Shown here: in pieces, positions 27,227 to 36,787 of the stretch
How the letters are laid out: each line of letters begins with the position of its first letter
Numbering within the stretch: the first letter of the stretch is position 1
From: an uncultured Verrucomicrobiae bacterium
GTDB lineage: Bacteria > Verrucomicrobiota > Verrucomicrobiia > Chthoniobacterales > JAATET01
Length of the DNA: 64,000 bases
Assembly (NCBI GenBank): GCA_963719495.1
Contig: CAVRCI010000015.1
Coordinates: 64,001-128,000, forward strand
Reading direction: 5' to 3'
Position numbers and translations under genes: made by a program
The notes under the pieces: generated by a model
Told to the model about the DNA's origin: nothing
What the model saw: only the letters and a program-made list of their open reading frames with translations
Database searches by the model: none

Positions 27227-29837
27227 AACGAGGTTCCCGATACGGTTCCCGCGCTGGTCTTTGGTTCTCAACTCTCAACCGGGGACCGGGGTTATAAAAA
27301 CGGCGGCGGGGGATCGGGAGCCGCTGGCGGAGGCGCCGGCGGTGGCTTTGCAGGAGGCTCAGAAGGAGCGGTTGTTGGAGGCTTGGCGAACTCCGACGGG
27401 GTGGCGGTATTGGTCGGCGGTCAATAACTCGGAGGTCGGGCTTTGGTATACCTGCGCGGCTTTTGGGTTCTTCTTTTTCGGGGGCTGCCTGGCGCTGTTG
27501 ATGCGGATTCAGCTCGCGGTGCCGGGGAACGACTTCGTCTCGGCGGACTTTTACAATCAGCTCTTCACGCTGCACGGGTCGGTGATGATGTTTCTCTTCG
27601 CGGTGCCGATCTTCGAGGCGATCTCGATCATGCTGCTGCCGGAGATGCTGGGGGCGCGGGATCTGCCGTTTCCGCGGTTGTCGGCTTTTGGGTTTTGGTC
27701 GTTTTTGCTGGGGGGCGTTTTCGTTTGCGGGTCGATCTTCTTCGACGCGGCGCCGAAGGGGGGGTGGTTCATGTATCCGCCGATGACGACGCAGTATCAG
27801 ACGGGCGTGGGGGCGGACATCTGGTTGCTGGGGCTTTCGTTCATCGAGATTGCGTCCATCGCGGCGGCGGTCGAATTGATCGTGGGGGTGCTCAAGTGCC
27901 GGCCGCCCGGGATGCGGATCAATCTGATCCCGCTCTATTCGTGGTATATTCTGGTGGTGGCGGTGATGATTCTCTTCGCGTTTCCGCCGCTGATCGCGGG
28001 GGATATTTTGCTGGAGATGGAGCGGATGTTCGACTGGCCGTTTTTCGACTCGGCGCGGGGTGGGGATCCGCTGTTGTGGCAGCACCTGTTTTGGATCTTC
28101 GGGCATCCGGAGGTCTACATCGTGTTCCTGCCGTCGGTGGCTTTGGTGGCGATGATCGTGCCGACTTTTGCCCGGACTCCGATGGTGGGTTACAGCTGGG
28201 TGGTCTTGGCGGCGGTCGGGACGGGGTTCATCAGCTTCGGGCTGTGGGTGCACCACATGTTCACGACGGGGTTGCCGGGGGTGACGGTCGGGATTTTTTC
28301 GGCGGCTTCGCAGGCGGTGGCGATACCGACGGGGGTGCAGCTTTTCTGTTTCCTGGCGACTTTGGTGGTCGGGAAGGTGGCGCGGAGTGTGCCGATGCTG
28401 TTCGTGCTCGCGGGGCTGGCGACGTTCGTGATCGGGGGGCTGACGGGGGTGATGGTGGCGTTGGCTCCGTTCGATTTTCAGGCCCACGACACGTATTTCG
28501 TGGTGGGGCATTTGCACTACGTGCTCATTGGGGGGACGATTTTTCCCATCGTGGGTGGGCTGTATTATTTCTATCCGTTGGTGGGCGGGAAAATGCTGTC
28601 GGCGCGGCTCGGGACGTGGGCTTGGTGGCTGATGATGGTGGGGTTCAACGTGACGTTCCTGCCGATGCATTGGACGGGGTTGCGGGGGATGACGCGGCGG
28701 GTGTTTACCTATCCGGAGGGGTTGGGGTTCGAGTGGTTGAACCTGGTGTCGTCGGTGGGGGCGTTCGTGTTGGCGGCGGGGTTCGGGGTCGTGCTCTGGG
28801 ACGTGCTGAGGCCGAAGGGTCGTCAGCCATTTGCGAAGCGGAATCCGTGGGGAGCGGGCACTTTGGAATGGTTGGCTTCGATGCCGGACAAGCCTTGGGG
28901 AACGCGGTCGATCCCGGAGATTGATTCGCGGTATCCGCTGTGGGATCAGCCGAACTTCGAGCGGGACGTGGACGAGGGGCGGTTCTATTTGCCGGACGCG
29001 GCGGAGGTGAAGCGGGAGACGCTGGTGACGTCGCCGATCGACGCGCGGCCGGTGCAGTGTCTACGGGTGCCGGGGCCGACGTGGCTTTCGTTCTGGGCGG
29101 CGATGGGGCTGGGGGGCGTCTTCATTTTTTCGACGTTCCATTGGTGGTGGGCGGCGGCGGTGAGCGGGGCGGTGGGGTTCTGCGTGATCGTGGCGTGGCT
29201 GTGGACGGGGACGGCGGTGATCCCGGAGAAGCCGGAGAAGGACGTGGGGCTGGGGAAGGTGCTGCCACTCTACGCGTCGGGGCCGAAGTCGGTGGGTTGG
29301 TGGGCGATGCTGATCACGATGCTGGGCGACATGACGGCGTTCGTTTCGCTGGTGTTTGGGTATTTTTTCTATTGGACGATTCACGAGGATTTTCCGCCGG
29401 TCGGCGCGGTGGGGCCGGGTTGGGTGTGGCCGGTGGCGGCTTTGGCGATGTTGGTCGGCGCTTGGGGGATGACGTTGGGGGCGCGGGCGGCGAATCGCGC
29501 GGATCGGGTGGGGATTTTTTACGGACTGATCGGTGGCGCGGTGGTGCTGGGGGTGGCGGGGACGGTCGGGTTGCTGATGGGGCCGGGGACGACGGGAATG
29601 GATCCGACCGAGCACGTTTATCCGGCGATCGTGTGGGTGCTGGCGGGGTGGGCGGCTCTGCACGCGGGATTGGGTGTGGTGATGGTGGTTTACTGCGGAG
29701 CGCGGCGGTTCTTTGGGCGGATGGATGCGGTGCACGACATCGACGTGCAGAACGTGGCGCTTTATTGGCACTTCGCCGCGCTGACGGCGGTGATCACGGT
29801 GGGCGTGATCGCGGGATTTCCGCTGATGGTGAGGTGA
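27174..29837 (+). CDS. ctaD: Cytochrome c oxidase subunit I fused to a subunit III-like domain (A1 type)
   Basis: TLHGSVM, FGHPEVY, WVHHMF, HLHYV; C-terminal extension ending in ALYWHF; start uncertain (GTG 27174 or TTG 27261). Confidence 0.93.
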   Translation: MGFPAGSRKLRPGRSRSPTRFPIRFPRWSLVLNSQPGTGVIKTAAGDREPLAEAPAVALQEAQKERLLEAWRTPTGWRYWSAVNNSEVGLWYTCAAFGFFFFGGCLALLMRIQLAVPGNDFVSADFYNQLFTLHGSVMMFLFAVPIFEAISIMLLPEMLGARDLPFPRLSAFGFWSFLLGGVFVCGSIFFDAAPKGGWFMYPPMTTQYQTGVGADIWLLGLSFIEIASIAAAVELIVGVLKCRPPGMRINLIPLYSWYILVVAVMILFAFPPLIAGDILLEMERMFDWPFFDSARGGDPLLWQHLFWIFGHPEVYIVFLPSVALVAMIVPTFARTPMVGYSWVVLAAVGTGFISFGLWVHHMFTTGLPGVTVGIFSAASQAVAIPTGVQLFCFLATLVVGKVARSVPMLFVLAGLATFVIGGLTGVMVALAPFDFQAHDTYFVVGHLHYVLIGGTIFPIVGGLYYFYPLVGGKMLSARLGTWAWWLMMVGFNVTFLPMHWTGLRGMTRRVFTYPEGLGFEWLNLVSSVGAFVLAAGFGVVLWDVLRPKGRQPFAKRNPWGAGTLEWLASMPDKPWGTRSIPEIDSRYPLWDQPNFERDVDEGRFYLPDAAEVKRETLVTSPIDARPVQCLRVPGPTWLSFWAAMGLGGVFIFSTFHWWWAAAVSGAVGFCVIVAWLWTGTAVIPEKPEKDVGLGKVLPLYASGPKSVGWWAMLITMLGDMTAFVSLVFGYFFYWTIHEDFPPVGAVGPGWVWPVAALAMLVGAWGMTLGARAANRADRVGIFYGLIGGAVVLGVAGTVGLLMGPGTTGMDPTEHVYPAIVWVLAGWAALHAGLGVVMVVYCGARRFFGRMDAVHDIDVQNVALYWHFAALTAVITVGVIAGFPLMVR

Positions 29838-29886
29838 GGTTTGTCCGCAGATTCAGCAGAGTGGGGCAGATTTTTTTGATGAGGAT

Positions 29887-30267
29887 ATGAGCACGGTTGA
29901 GGATGGGGTGACGGCTGAGGGGCGTCAGAGTTTGTGGTGGTTGGCGGCGGGGCCGCTGATCTGGACGGCTCATTTTCTGGCTTGTTACCTGACGGCGGCG
30001 ATCTGGTGCGCGAAGGAGGGTGGGTCGCTGGCGGGGGTGCGGATGGCGATTTGCGCGTTTACTCTGGTGGCTTTGGTGGGGATTGGGTTCGTCGGAGTGG
30101 TGGGCTGGCGACGGCATCGGTATGGGTCGGGGGCGGTGCCGCATGACTTCGACACGCCGGAGGATCGGTATCGGTTTCTGGGCTTTGCGACGGCATTGTT
30201 GGCGGGCTTGAGCGCGGTGGCGACAGGGTTCGTGGCGATGGTGGCGGTGTTCGTGGAGGTTTGCTGA
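29887..30267 (+). CDS. Membrane protein of the cox cluster
   Basis: Three hydrophobic segments (GPLIWTAHFLACY); co-oriented within the operon. Confidence 0.8.
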   Translation: MSTVEDGVTAEGRQSLWWLAAGPLIWTAHFLACYLTAAIWCAKEGGSLAGVRMAICAFTLVALVGIGFVGVVGWRRHRYGSGAVPHDFDTPEDRYRFLGFATALLAGLSAVATGFVAMVAVFVEVC

Positions 30268-30920
30268 TGGATTTTTCTCACGCAGAGACGCAGGGGCGCG
30301 GAGGAATGCTGGTTTTCTTGGGATTGCTGGTTCTGGGCGTTTGCTGGGGTTGGTTGGCGGGTTTTGTGGCGGGGGCGTTTTGGGTTCACATGGTGATGCA
30401 CATGGGAGTGGTGGCGGTGGCGGCTCCTTTGTTGGCGCTGGGTTTGGCGGGGGGACGGTGGGACCCGGTGGTGCGGCTGCCTTGGCTGGGGGTGCCGATC
30501 GTGGCTTCGGTGGTGGAGTTGATCGTGGTCTGGGGGTGGCACGCGCCGGGGCCGCACCACTTTGCCCGGCACGAGACGGTGGGGTTGGTGCTGGAGCAGG
30601 GTTCGTTTTTGCTGACGGGATTTTGGATTTGGATCTCGGCGTTTGGGGGGAACGAGTTCGGTCGAAGGGAGCGGATGGCCGGTGGGGTGATCGGATTGCT
30701 GCTGACGTCGATGCACATGACTTTGCTGGGGGCGTTGTTGGCGTTGGCGCAGCGACCGCTTTATGGTCACTCGATGACGATGGGGGGGATGCCGGTGGTG
30801 CTGGATCAGCAGATTGGGGGCGCGATCATGTTGGTGGTCGGTGGCGTGTCTTACCTCGTGGGTGGGCTTTGGTTGGTGGTGGGTTTGCTGCGGGATGAGC
30901 CGCGGGAGGTTGGGGCGTGA
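30267..30920 (+). CDS. Cytochrome c oxidase assembly protein (Caa3 CtaG family)
   Basis: HMVMHM..VAAPLL, WHAP, TSMHMTLLG and DQQIGG motifs; start could be 30306. Confidence 0.85.
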   Translation: MDFSHAETQGRGGMLVFLGLLVLGVCWGWLAGFVAGAFWVHMVMHMGVVAVAAPLLALGLAGGRWDPVVRLPWLGVPIVASVVELIVVWGWHAPGPHHFARHETVGLVLEQGSFLLTGFWIWISAFGGNEFGRRERMAGGVIGLLLTSMHMTLLGALLALAQRPLYGHSMTMGGMPVVLDQQIGGAIMLVVGGVSYLVGGLWLVVGLLRDEPREVGA

Positions 30921-32044
30921 GGCGGGTGGTGATGGTGTTGGTTCTGCTGGCGGTGCTGGGTGGCATTGTGGCGGGTGGGGCTTTGGTGGTCGCTGGGTCG
31001 GGGGTGATTCCGATCGCGGCGAGTTCGGGGCATTGGGCGGTGACGGAGTGGTTTCTGCACTTTTCGATGAAACGCTCGATCTCGACGCACAGCTGGGGGA
31101 TCGCGGTGCCGGGGGATTTGGGCGATGAGGGGCGGGTGCTGCGGGGGGCGGGGCATTACTCGACGGGGTGCTTCGGGTGCCACGGCGGGCCGGGCGCGGC
31201 GATGCCGGCGGTGGCGGCGGGGATGACTCCGCAACCGCCCTACCTGCCGCCGCGGATGGATGGGTGGGAGGACGCGGAGTTGTTCACCATTCTCAAGCAC
31301 GGGATCAAGTTTGCGGGGATGCCCGCTTGGCCGACGCAGTTGCGGGACGAGGAGGTGTGGGACGTGGTGGCGTTCTTGCGGGAGCTGCCGGGGATGGACG
31401 GCGAGCGGTATGAGGGGTTGGTGGCGGGGGAAGGGCGGCTGGAAATATTCGAACGGGGTGCGGGCGGGATGGAATTAGCGCGGGAGGGGTGCTTTCGGTG
31501 TCACGGCGAGGACGGGATGGGGCGCGGGGGGGCTTGGCCAGTGTTGGCGGGTCAGCGATCGGAATACCTGGTGGCGCAGCTGAGGGCTTACCGGGATGGG
31601 GGGCGACCGAGTGGGATGATGGAGCCGGTGGCTCAGGGGTTGACGGATGGGGAGATCGCGGAGCTGGCGGAGTATTTTTCGGAGCTGCCGGGTCGGGGCG
31701 CTGCGGCTGATGGGGTGGCGGCGACAGGTGAGGATGAGCGGATCGAGCGGGGTCGCTTGATCGCGGAGCGCGGGATTCCGGGGCGGAAGGTGGCGTCTTG
31801 TTTGGACTGCCACGGGGCGGAGTCGCGGGCGGAGTATCCGCGGTTGGCGGGTCAGGAGGCTTGGTATCTGGTGCGGCAATTGGAGTTGTTTGCGAGCGGC
31901 GTGCGCGGTGGGTCGAGTTCGGCGCACTTGATGGATTCGGTGGCGGAGCGGCTGACGCCGGAGGATCGGGTGGACGTGGCGGCTTGGTTTGCTTCGATGG
32001 GTAGAGCGGATGGGGATTTGCCGGAGGCGCGGGTGGTGAGGTGA
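30917..32044 (+). CDS. Tri-heme c-type cytochrome
   Basis: Three CXXCH motifs (CFGCH, CFRCH, CLDCH), PxLAGQ repeats, N-terminal TM. Confidence 0.92.
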   Translation: MRRVVMVLVLLAVLGGIVAGGALVVAGSGVIPIAASSGHWAVTEWFLHFSMKRSISTHSWGIAVPGDLGDEGRVLRGAGHYSTGCFGCHGGPGAAMPAVAAGMTPQPPYLPPRMDGWEDAELFTILKHGIKFAGMPAWPTQLRDEEVWDVVAFLRELPGMDGERYEGLVAGEGRLEIFERGAGGMELAREGCFRCHGEDGMGRGGAWPVLAGQRSEYLVAQLRAYRDGGRPSGMMEPVAQGLTDGEIAELAEYFSELPGRGAAADGVAATGEDERIERGRLIAERGIPGRKVASCLDCHGAESRAEYPRLAGQEAWYLVRQLELFASGVRGGSSSAHLMDSVAERLTPEDRVDVAAWFASMGRADGDLPEARVVR

Positions 32045-32081
32045 GATGTCAGAGATGCTTCGCTTCGCTCAGTATGACAGG
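32035..32081 (+). repeat. 47-bp repeat family (GGTGAGGTGAGA..CAGAGATGCTTCGCTTCGCTCAG.ATGACAGG)
   Basis: 44/47 identical to 55228-55274. Confidence 0.9.
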
Positions 32082-32140
32082 GGGGGAGCGGAGGCCTGGT
32101 GGTGGGCGGTGGTTTTCCTCCCAAGTCTCCCCGGCGTCGA

Positions 32141-32174
32141 CCGATAAAACGTAACGACCGTTACGTTTTATCGG
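32141..32174. other. Perfect AT-rich palindrome
   Basis: CCGATAAAACGTAACG-AC-CGTTACGTTTTATCGG. Confidence 0.85.
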
Positions 32175-32335
32175 GGGCGGATGCATTGCGGCAGTTCTCA
32201 TTTTGGGGTAGCGGCGGACAGGGGGGAGATGTGAGAGGGTTGGAGCAAAGGGATGAGCGTGGAGTGGCCGCCGAGATTCGGGGTGGACTGTCGGGGTGGA
32301 CTTGATTTGCCGAACGGGATTGATAGCGTTCTCCA

Positions 32336-33016
32336 GTGATTGGCAACGGGATATTGGGCGGTCAGGCCTTGGGTGGCACGGCTTCCCGAACGCGATTGGT
32401 TGGATGGCTGAAAGAGCGGCTGGTCTCGGATTGCCTCCTCATTGGGGAAATCGTGGTTGGGCCTGGCCTCACGATCAGGCACCGCGAAGAAGGTCGGAAC
32501 GAAGGGCTCACCGTTTACACGAATGCGAACGACGCGCTTGAGATCGCGAAGTATGATTCCGCGGGGGCTTACCGACCCTTGAAGACGGCACCGAATTTGG
32601 TGCGAGGTTGGAAATTGCGGCTGGAGACGGTGGAAGAGCTCAAGCTGGCGTTGGATTTTTTCTATCCGGCGGCGATTGGGACCTGGCTGGCGGCGGAGCG
32701 GGGCGAGCTCGAGGCGGTGCCGCTGCGGGAGACTTTGGGGCGTCAGACCGGGATGTATCGGGTGACTCGCTTGATGAACGATGAGCAGGCGGATGAGTTG
32801 AATCGCACGGCGTGCGATCGGGCGACCGGGTGTCTGCGGCGGAATTTGTGGCCGCTGGATGTCGGGCGGGATGCGCCGTTGACGGAATCTTTGGCCGCCG
32901 TGCGGGCGAGTGTGGCTGGGACGACGGAGGTGCCGATCCTTTGCGCGGAGGCGTGCAATTTGTTGGTGGCGGCGGCGCGGCCCTTGGGGAAGGCGAACCT
33001 GCCGCCGAAGGGGTGA
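32336..33016 (+). CDS. DR2241 family protein
   Basis: GAYRPLKTAPNLVRGW, DFFYPA, LGRQTGMY and CAEACN motifs; start uncertain. Confidence 0.8.
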   Translation: MIGNGILGGQALGGTASRTRLVGWLKERLVSDCLLIGEIVVGPGLTIRHREEGRNEGLTVYTNANDALEIAKYDSAGAYRPLKTAPNLVRGWKLRLETVEELKLALDFFYPAAIGTWLAAERGELEAVPLRETLGRQTGMYRVTRLMNDEQADELNRTACDRATGCLRRNLWPLDVGRDAPLTESLAAVRASVAGTTEVPILCAEACNLLVAAARPLGKANLPPKG

Positions 33017-33137
33017 TGTCGACGCTCGCGACGAGACCGAATTTGGAAGTTCGCATGGAATCGGCTTTCCGTCGATTTTGGGTGGGTGATCGGCTGGAAG
33101 CCGATGGCACGAGCGTGGAAAGCTGGTTTGATCTTCG

Positions 33138-34349
33138 ATGATCGCGCACCGGGCGCGGGTGGTGATCACGATGGACGGGCCGCCCATCGAGGATGGAGTG
33201 GTCGTGGTGGCGGGGCCGACGATCGAGTCGGTCGGGCGGTTTCGGGATTGGGATGGCGGTGGCGAGGTGGTCGATCACGGGGAGGTGGCGCTCCTGCCCG
33301 GATTGATCAACGCGCATTGTCACCTGGACTACACGGCGATGCGGGGTGCGATCCTGCAGCGGTCGAGCTTCGCGGCTTGGGTGCGGAGGATCAATGAGCT
33401 GAAGCGGACGATGTCGGACGACGATTATTTGGCGTCGATCGCGACGGGATTTGCGGAATTGGCGCGCTGGGGGACGACGACCGTTCTCAACGTCGAGGCG
33501 TTTCCGGAGTTGATGGGAAGGCTGCCGACACCGCCGCTGCGGACGTGGTGGTTCTACGAGCTGCTGGATCTGCGGAATCGGATTCACACGGACGAGGTGG
33601 TGCGGGGGGCGCTGTCGTTTTTTGAGGAGCGGCCGGATTGGCGCGGCGGGTTTGGGCTTTCGCCGCACGCGCCTTATTCGACCTCGGTGGAGCTTTACCG
33701 GCTGGCGCGGGCCTGCTCGGAGTCGATGGGGATGCCGTTCATGACGCACCTCGCGGAGTCGGAGGAGGAGTCGCGGATGTTCGGCGACGGGGAGGGGGCG
33801 ATGTTCGAATTTTTGTCGAAGCTGGGCCGGGACATGAGCGACACGGGCGGGCGGACGCCGATCCAGCATCTGCTCGAGGCGGACGCGCTGCCGGTGGGCG
33901 CGATGCTGGTCCACATGAATCACGTGACGGGTGCGGACCGGATGGCGCTCGCGCGGCGGGCGGGGGATTTTCACGTGATTCATTGCCCGGGTTGTCACGC
34001 TTACTTCGACCGGCCGCCTTTCCCTTATGCGACGCACCGCGAGTTGGGTTTCCCCGTTTCGCTCGGGACGGACAGTCTGGCGAGCAACGGGGCGCTGAAT
34101 CTGTTCGCGGAGATGCGGACGTTTCGGCGGAATTTCCCCGACGTGCCGCCGGACGAGGTGCTGGCGATGATCACGACGAATCCGGCGGCGGCCGTGGGGA
34201 TGGCGGGGCGGCTGGGAGTGCTGCGCCGGGGGGCGCTCGCGGATTGGGTGGCGATCCCGTTCGCGGGCTCGGCCGGGGCGGCGGTCGAGGCGGTGGTGGA
34301 GAATCGGTCGGTGCCGAAGTTCGTGATGCGGGACGGTCAGAGCGCGTAG
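33138..34349 (+). CDS. Metal-dependent amidohydrolase (deaminase-like)
   Basis: PGLINAHCHL, SPHAPYS, THLAES and LGTDSLAS motifs. Confidence 0.92.
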   Translation: MIAHRARVVITMDGPPIEDGVVVVAGPTIESVGRFRDWDGGGEVVDHGEVALLPGLINAHCHLDYTAMRGAILQRSSFAAWVRRINELKRTMSDDDYLASIATGFAELARWGTTTVLNVEAFPELMGRLPTPPLRTWWFYELLDLRNRIHTDEVVRGALSFFEERPDWRGGFGLSPHAPYSTSVELYRLARACSESMGMPFMTHLAESEEESRMFGDGEGAMFEFLSKLGRDMSDTGGRTPIQHLLEADALPVGAMLVHMNHVTGADRMALARRAGDFHVIHCPGCHAYFDRPPFPYATHRELGFPVSLGTDSLASNGALNLFAEMRTFRRNFPDVPPDEVLAMITTNPAAAVGMAGRLGVLRRGALADWVAIPFAGSAGAAVEAVVENRSVPKFVMRDGQSA

Positions 34350-36487
34350 TCGGCGGTGGTGGCGGGGAGGTCGATCCGGCGGAGGTTGTCGTCGGCGGCG
34401 AGGAGGTGGCGGGTGAGTTGCTCGTAGCGACCGGTGTAGCCCATCAGGCGGACGGCGTCGGGGAAGGGGGCGTCGGCGGAAAAGATCCACGAGCGAACGC
34501 GGAGGCTCCATTCCCGCCACTCGGCGAGGAGGTTGGTGAGCTTGGAGCGGTCGCTTTTCGGCGGGCGGTTTTCGGCGAGGCTTGCGTGTTGTTCGGCGAG
34601 GTTGGCGGTGATTGCGGACGCGAGGCGATCGAGCAGCGCGTGGCCTTCCCCGGCGAGTTCGCCCGGTAGGATGGGGCGGAGGAGGCCGGCGCAGGCGAAG
34701 AGGTCGCTCGCGACTTGGCGGAGACTTTCGAGGTAACTCTCGAGGGCGGGCGTCCCGGCGGCGGGGAGGTTCGCGAGGGCGGTCCGGCATTCCGCTGGAA
34801 CGAGGGCCATGCGAATGCGGTCGGCGAGCGGGGTCCCGGGGACTCCGACCGTGGAGAGAACGCGGCAATGGCCGACGAATTCGACGAGCCGGTCGCGGAG
34901 AACGTGCTGGGGGAGGACCGGCCAGAGAAGTCGTTGGACGAGTGCGCTGATGACGAGGGCGAGGGTGAGGCCGAAGAAAATGTCGGCGATTTGTTGAAAT
35001 TCGACGGGTTGTTGGGCGTTCAGGCCGAGGACGCCGACGGTGAGCAGCATGGCGATCTGGTGCGGCATTCCGATGCCGGAGCCGAGTCGGAATCGGCTGC
35101 CCCACAGGAAGAGGGCGGTGAAGAGGAAGACGTTGAGAACGGCGTAGCTGGAAAAGAGCGGAGCGGCGACGAGGAGGGCGAGGCAGGCGCCGGCGGTGAC
35201 GAGCGAATAGAGGGCGGCGAGGTGGAGGGCGCGCCGGTCGCCTCCGCCGCCCGGGGAGAGCGGGGAGAAAACGGTGAAGATGAAGGCACCCAGGACCATG
35301 AGCTGACCGCCGGGCGGGTCGAGCCAATCGAGGAGGATGAGCGACGAGCCGACGGCGACGGCGGCTTTGAGTCCGGTGCGAATCGCGAGGGTGGGCGGGA
35401 CGAAGGATTGCGGCGTCGTGCCGGCTCCGACCGCGCGGGGCGGCGGAGCGTCGAGCCGGTCGAGGAATCCGTGGAGTTGACCGACGAGGCGGATGATTTC
35501 GTCGAGCGCCAGGGCGTGGACGCCGAAGACAAGGGCTTCCTCCGACGAAACCTCGGCGGCATCGGCCCGAGCGCGCAGTGAGCGCACTTTTTCCTCGAAT
35601 TTGGCGTAGGCCTTCGGGAGGTCGGATCGGTCCGGGGCGTCGTTTCGCTCGGCGGCGGCGGCGAGGTTGCGGAGTGCCGTCGACAGCGCGGCGTGGAGAG
35701 CGATGAGTTCCGCGTCGACCTTGCCGCGGTAGAAAGACTGGGCGGGAAGCGGCTCGCCCAGGGTGCGGATGGCACCGGCGATCCGGCTGATGCCGCTCAC
35801 GATCTCGGAGTAAACGTCGATGCGGGCGCTGAAGTAGCGGCTTTCACGGGCCCCGTATTGCAGGAGGGTGCGAAGGCCGGTGAGCCGGAGCGGAAAGGTG
35901 GCGACGCGGGCACGGTCTTCGGCGGAGACGCTTCCGTGCAGGACGGGACGGTGCTCGTCGAAACTGGCGGCGAGATCGAGGAAGGCTTCGGTCATCCGAT
36001 TTCGAAACTCGACCCGGGCATACCGGGGCCACAGGAGGAGGCTCACCAGCATCACGACGACGATGCCGAGGATGATCTCCTCGGCGCGGACCAGCGCAAT
36101 GCGCCACGAGAACGCCGGGTCGCCGAAGCCGTCGGTGATGACGACCACGGCGGTGAGTCCGGTGAGGAGGAACGCGTAGGGCGCGTGTTTCTGACCAAAC
36201 ATCGCGACGCAAAACGTGACGAGGAGTCCGACGACGAGCAGGAAGAGTGGCGGCTCCTGCTGCAGACTGTCGAGCACGAGGTAACCGAGCGCGCCACCGA
36301 CGACGGTCCCGATCACTCGGAAGACGGCCTTTTCGGCGATCTCACCGACGTAGGGCGCGATCATGAGGACGAAAACCGTGAAGAGTGCCCAGGTGGGTTG
36401 GCCGAGTCGGAGGACGAGGGAAAGGTGGATGGCGAGCAGACCGGCGACGCCGAATTTCAGGCCGGTGCGGAAGGCGAGCTTGTCCAC
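34337..36487 (-). CDS. FUSC/AaeB family efflux membrane protein
   Basis: Duplicated TM blocks, FRVIGTVVGG, RAEEIILG; GTG 36487 chosen. Confidence 0.85.
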   Translation of the reverse strand: MDKLAFRTGLKFGVAGLLAIHLSLVLRLGQPTWALFTVFVLMIAPYVGEIAEKAVFRVIGTVVGGALGYLVLDSLQQEPPLFLLVVGLLVTFCVAMFGQKHAPYAFLLTGLTAVVVITDGFGDPAFSWRIALVRAEEIILGIVVVMLVSLLLWPRYARVEFRNRMTEAFLDLAASFDEHRPVLHGSVSAEDRARVATFPLRLTGLRTLLQYGARESRYFSARIDVYSEIVSGISRIAGAIRTLGEPLPAQSFYRGKVDAELIALHAALSTALRNLAAAAERNDAPDRSDLPKAYAKFEEKVRSLRARADAAEVSSEEALVFGVHALALDEIIRLVGQLHGFLDRLDAPPPRAVGAGTTPQSFVPPTLAIRTGLKAAVAVGSSLILLDWLDPPGGQLMVLGAFIFTVFSPLSPGGGGDRRALHLAALYSLVTAGACLALLVAAPLFSSYAVLNVFLFTALFLWGSRFRLGSGIGMPHQIAMLLTVGVLGLNAQQPVEFQQIADIFFGLTLALVISALVQRLLWPVLPQHVLRDRLVEFVGHCRVLSTVGVPGTPLADRIRMALVPAECRTALANLPAAGTPALESYLESLRQVASDLFACAGLLRPILPGELAGEGHALLDRLASAITANLAEQHASLAENRPPKSDRSKLTNLLAEWREWSLRVRSWIFSADAPFPDAVRLMGYTGRYEQLTRHLLAADDNLRRIDLPATTADYAL

Positions 36488-36565
36488 TTGATCCGGAAGC
36501 CAACACCGTTTGGGCGCGGAATTCAGCCTTTTGTTTGGCGGCGGATGCGGAGATTGTCTGCCTCG

Positions 36566-36787
36566 ATGGACTGGCTTGCCTCGTTGCACTCTCCGGAGAT
36601 CCGGCTCGGCGGATTCCTGGTCCCCTGGGGGATGGTGATTTCCGCGCTGGGGTTCCTCGCGGCGCTCGGGATCATGATCGGGCTCGAGCGTGGGGGGTGG
36701 ACCCGGCGGATCTGGCGGTTGCCGGTTTTTTTCGTGGGTTTGGCGGTGCTCGTGGGGTGCGGGTTGGGATTGTTGCTGGCGCCGTGA
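36566..36787 (+). CDS. DUF1656/AaeX-like small membrane protein
   Basis: EIRLGGFLVP..RRIWRLPVF; GTGA overlap with the HlyD gene. Confidence 0.75.
   Translation: MDWLASLHSPEIRLGGFLVPWGMVISALGFLAALGIMIGLERGGWTRRIWRLPVFFVGLAVLVGCGLGLLLAP

Noticed and set aside
25254..28670. Very long antisense or alternate-frame ORFs (e.g. 1138 aa here, 1070 aa at 41356-44568, 895 aa at 32640-35327)
   Set aside because: Arg/Pro-rich or shadow translations overlapping well-supported genes; expected in high-GC, skewed DNA
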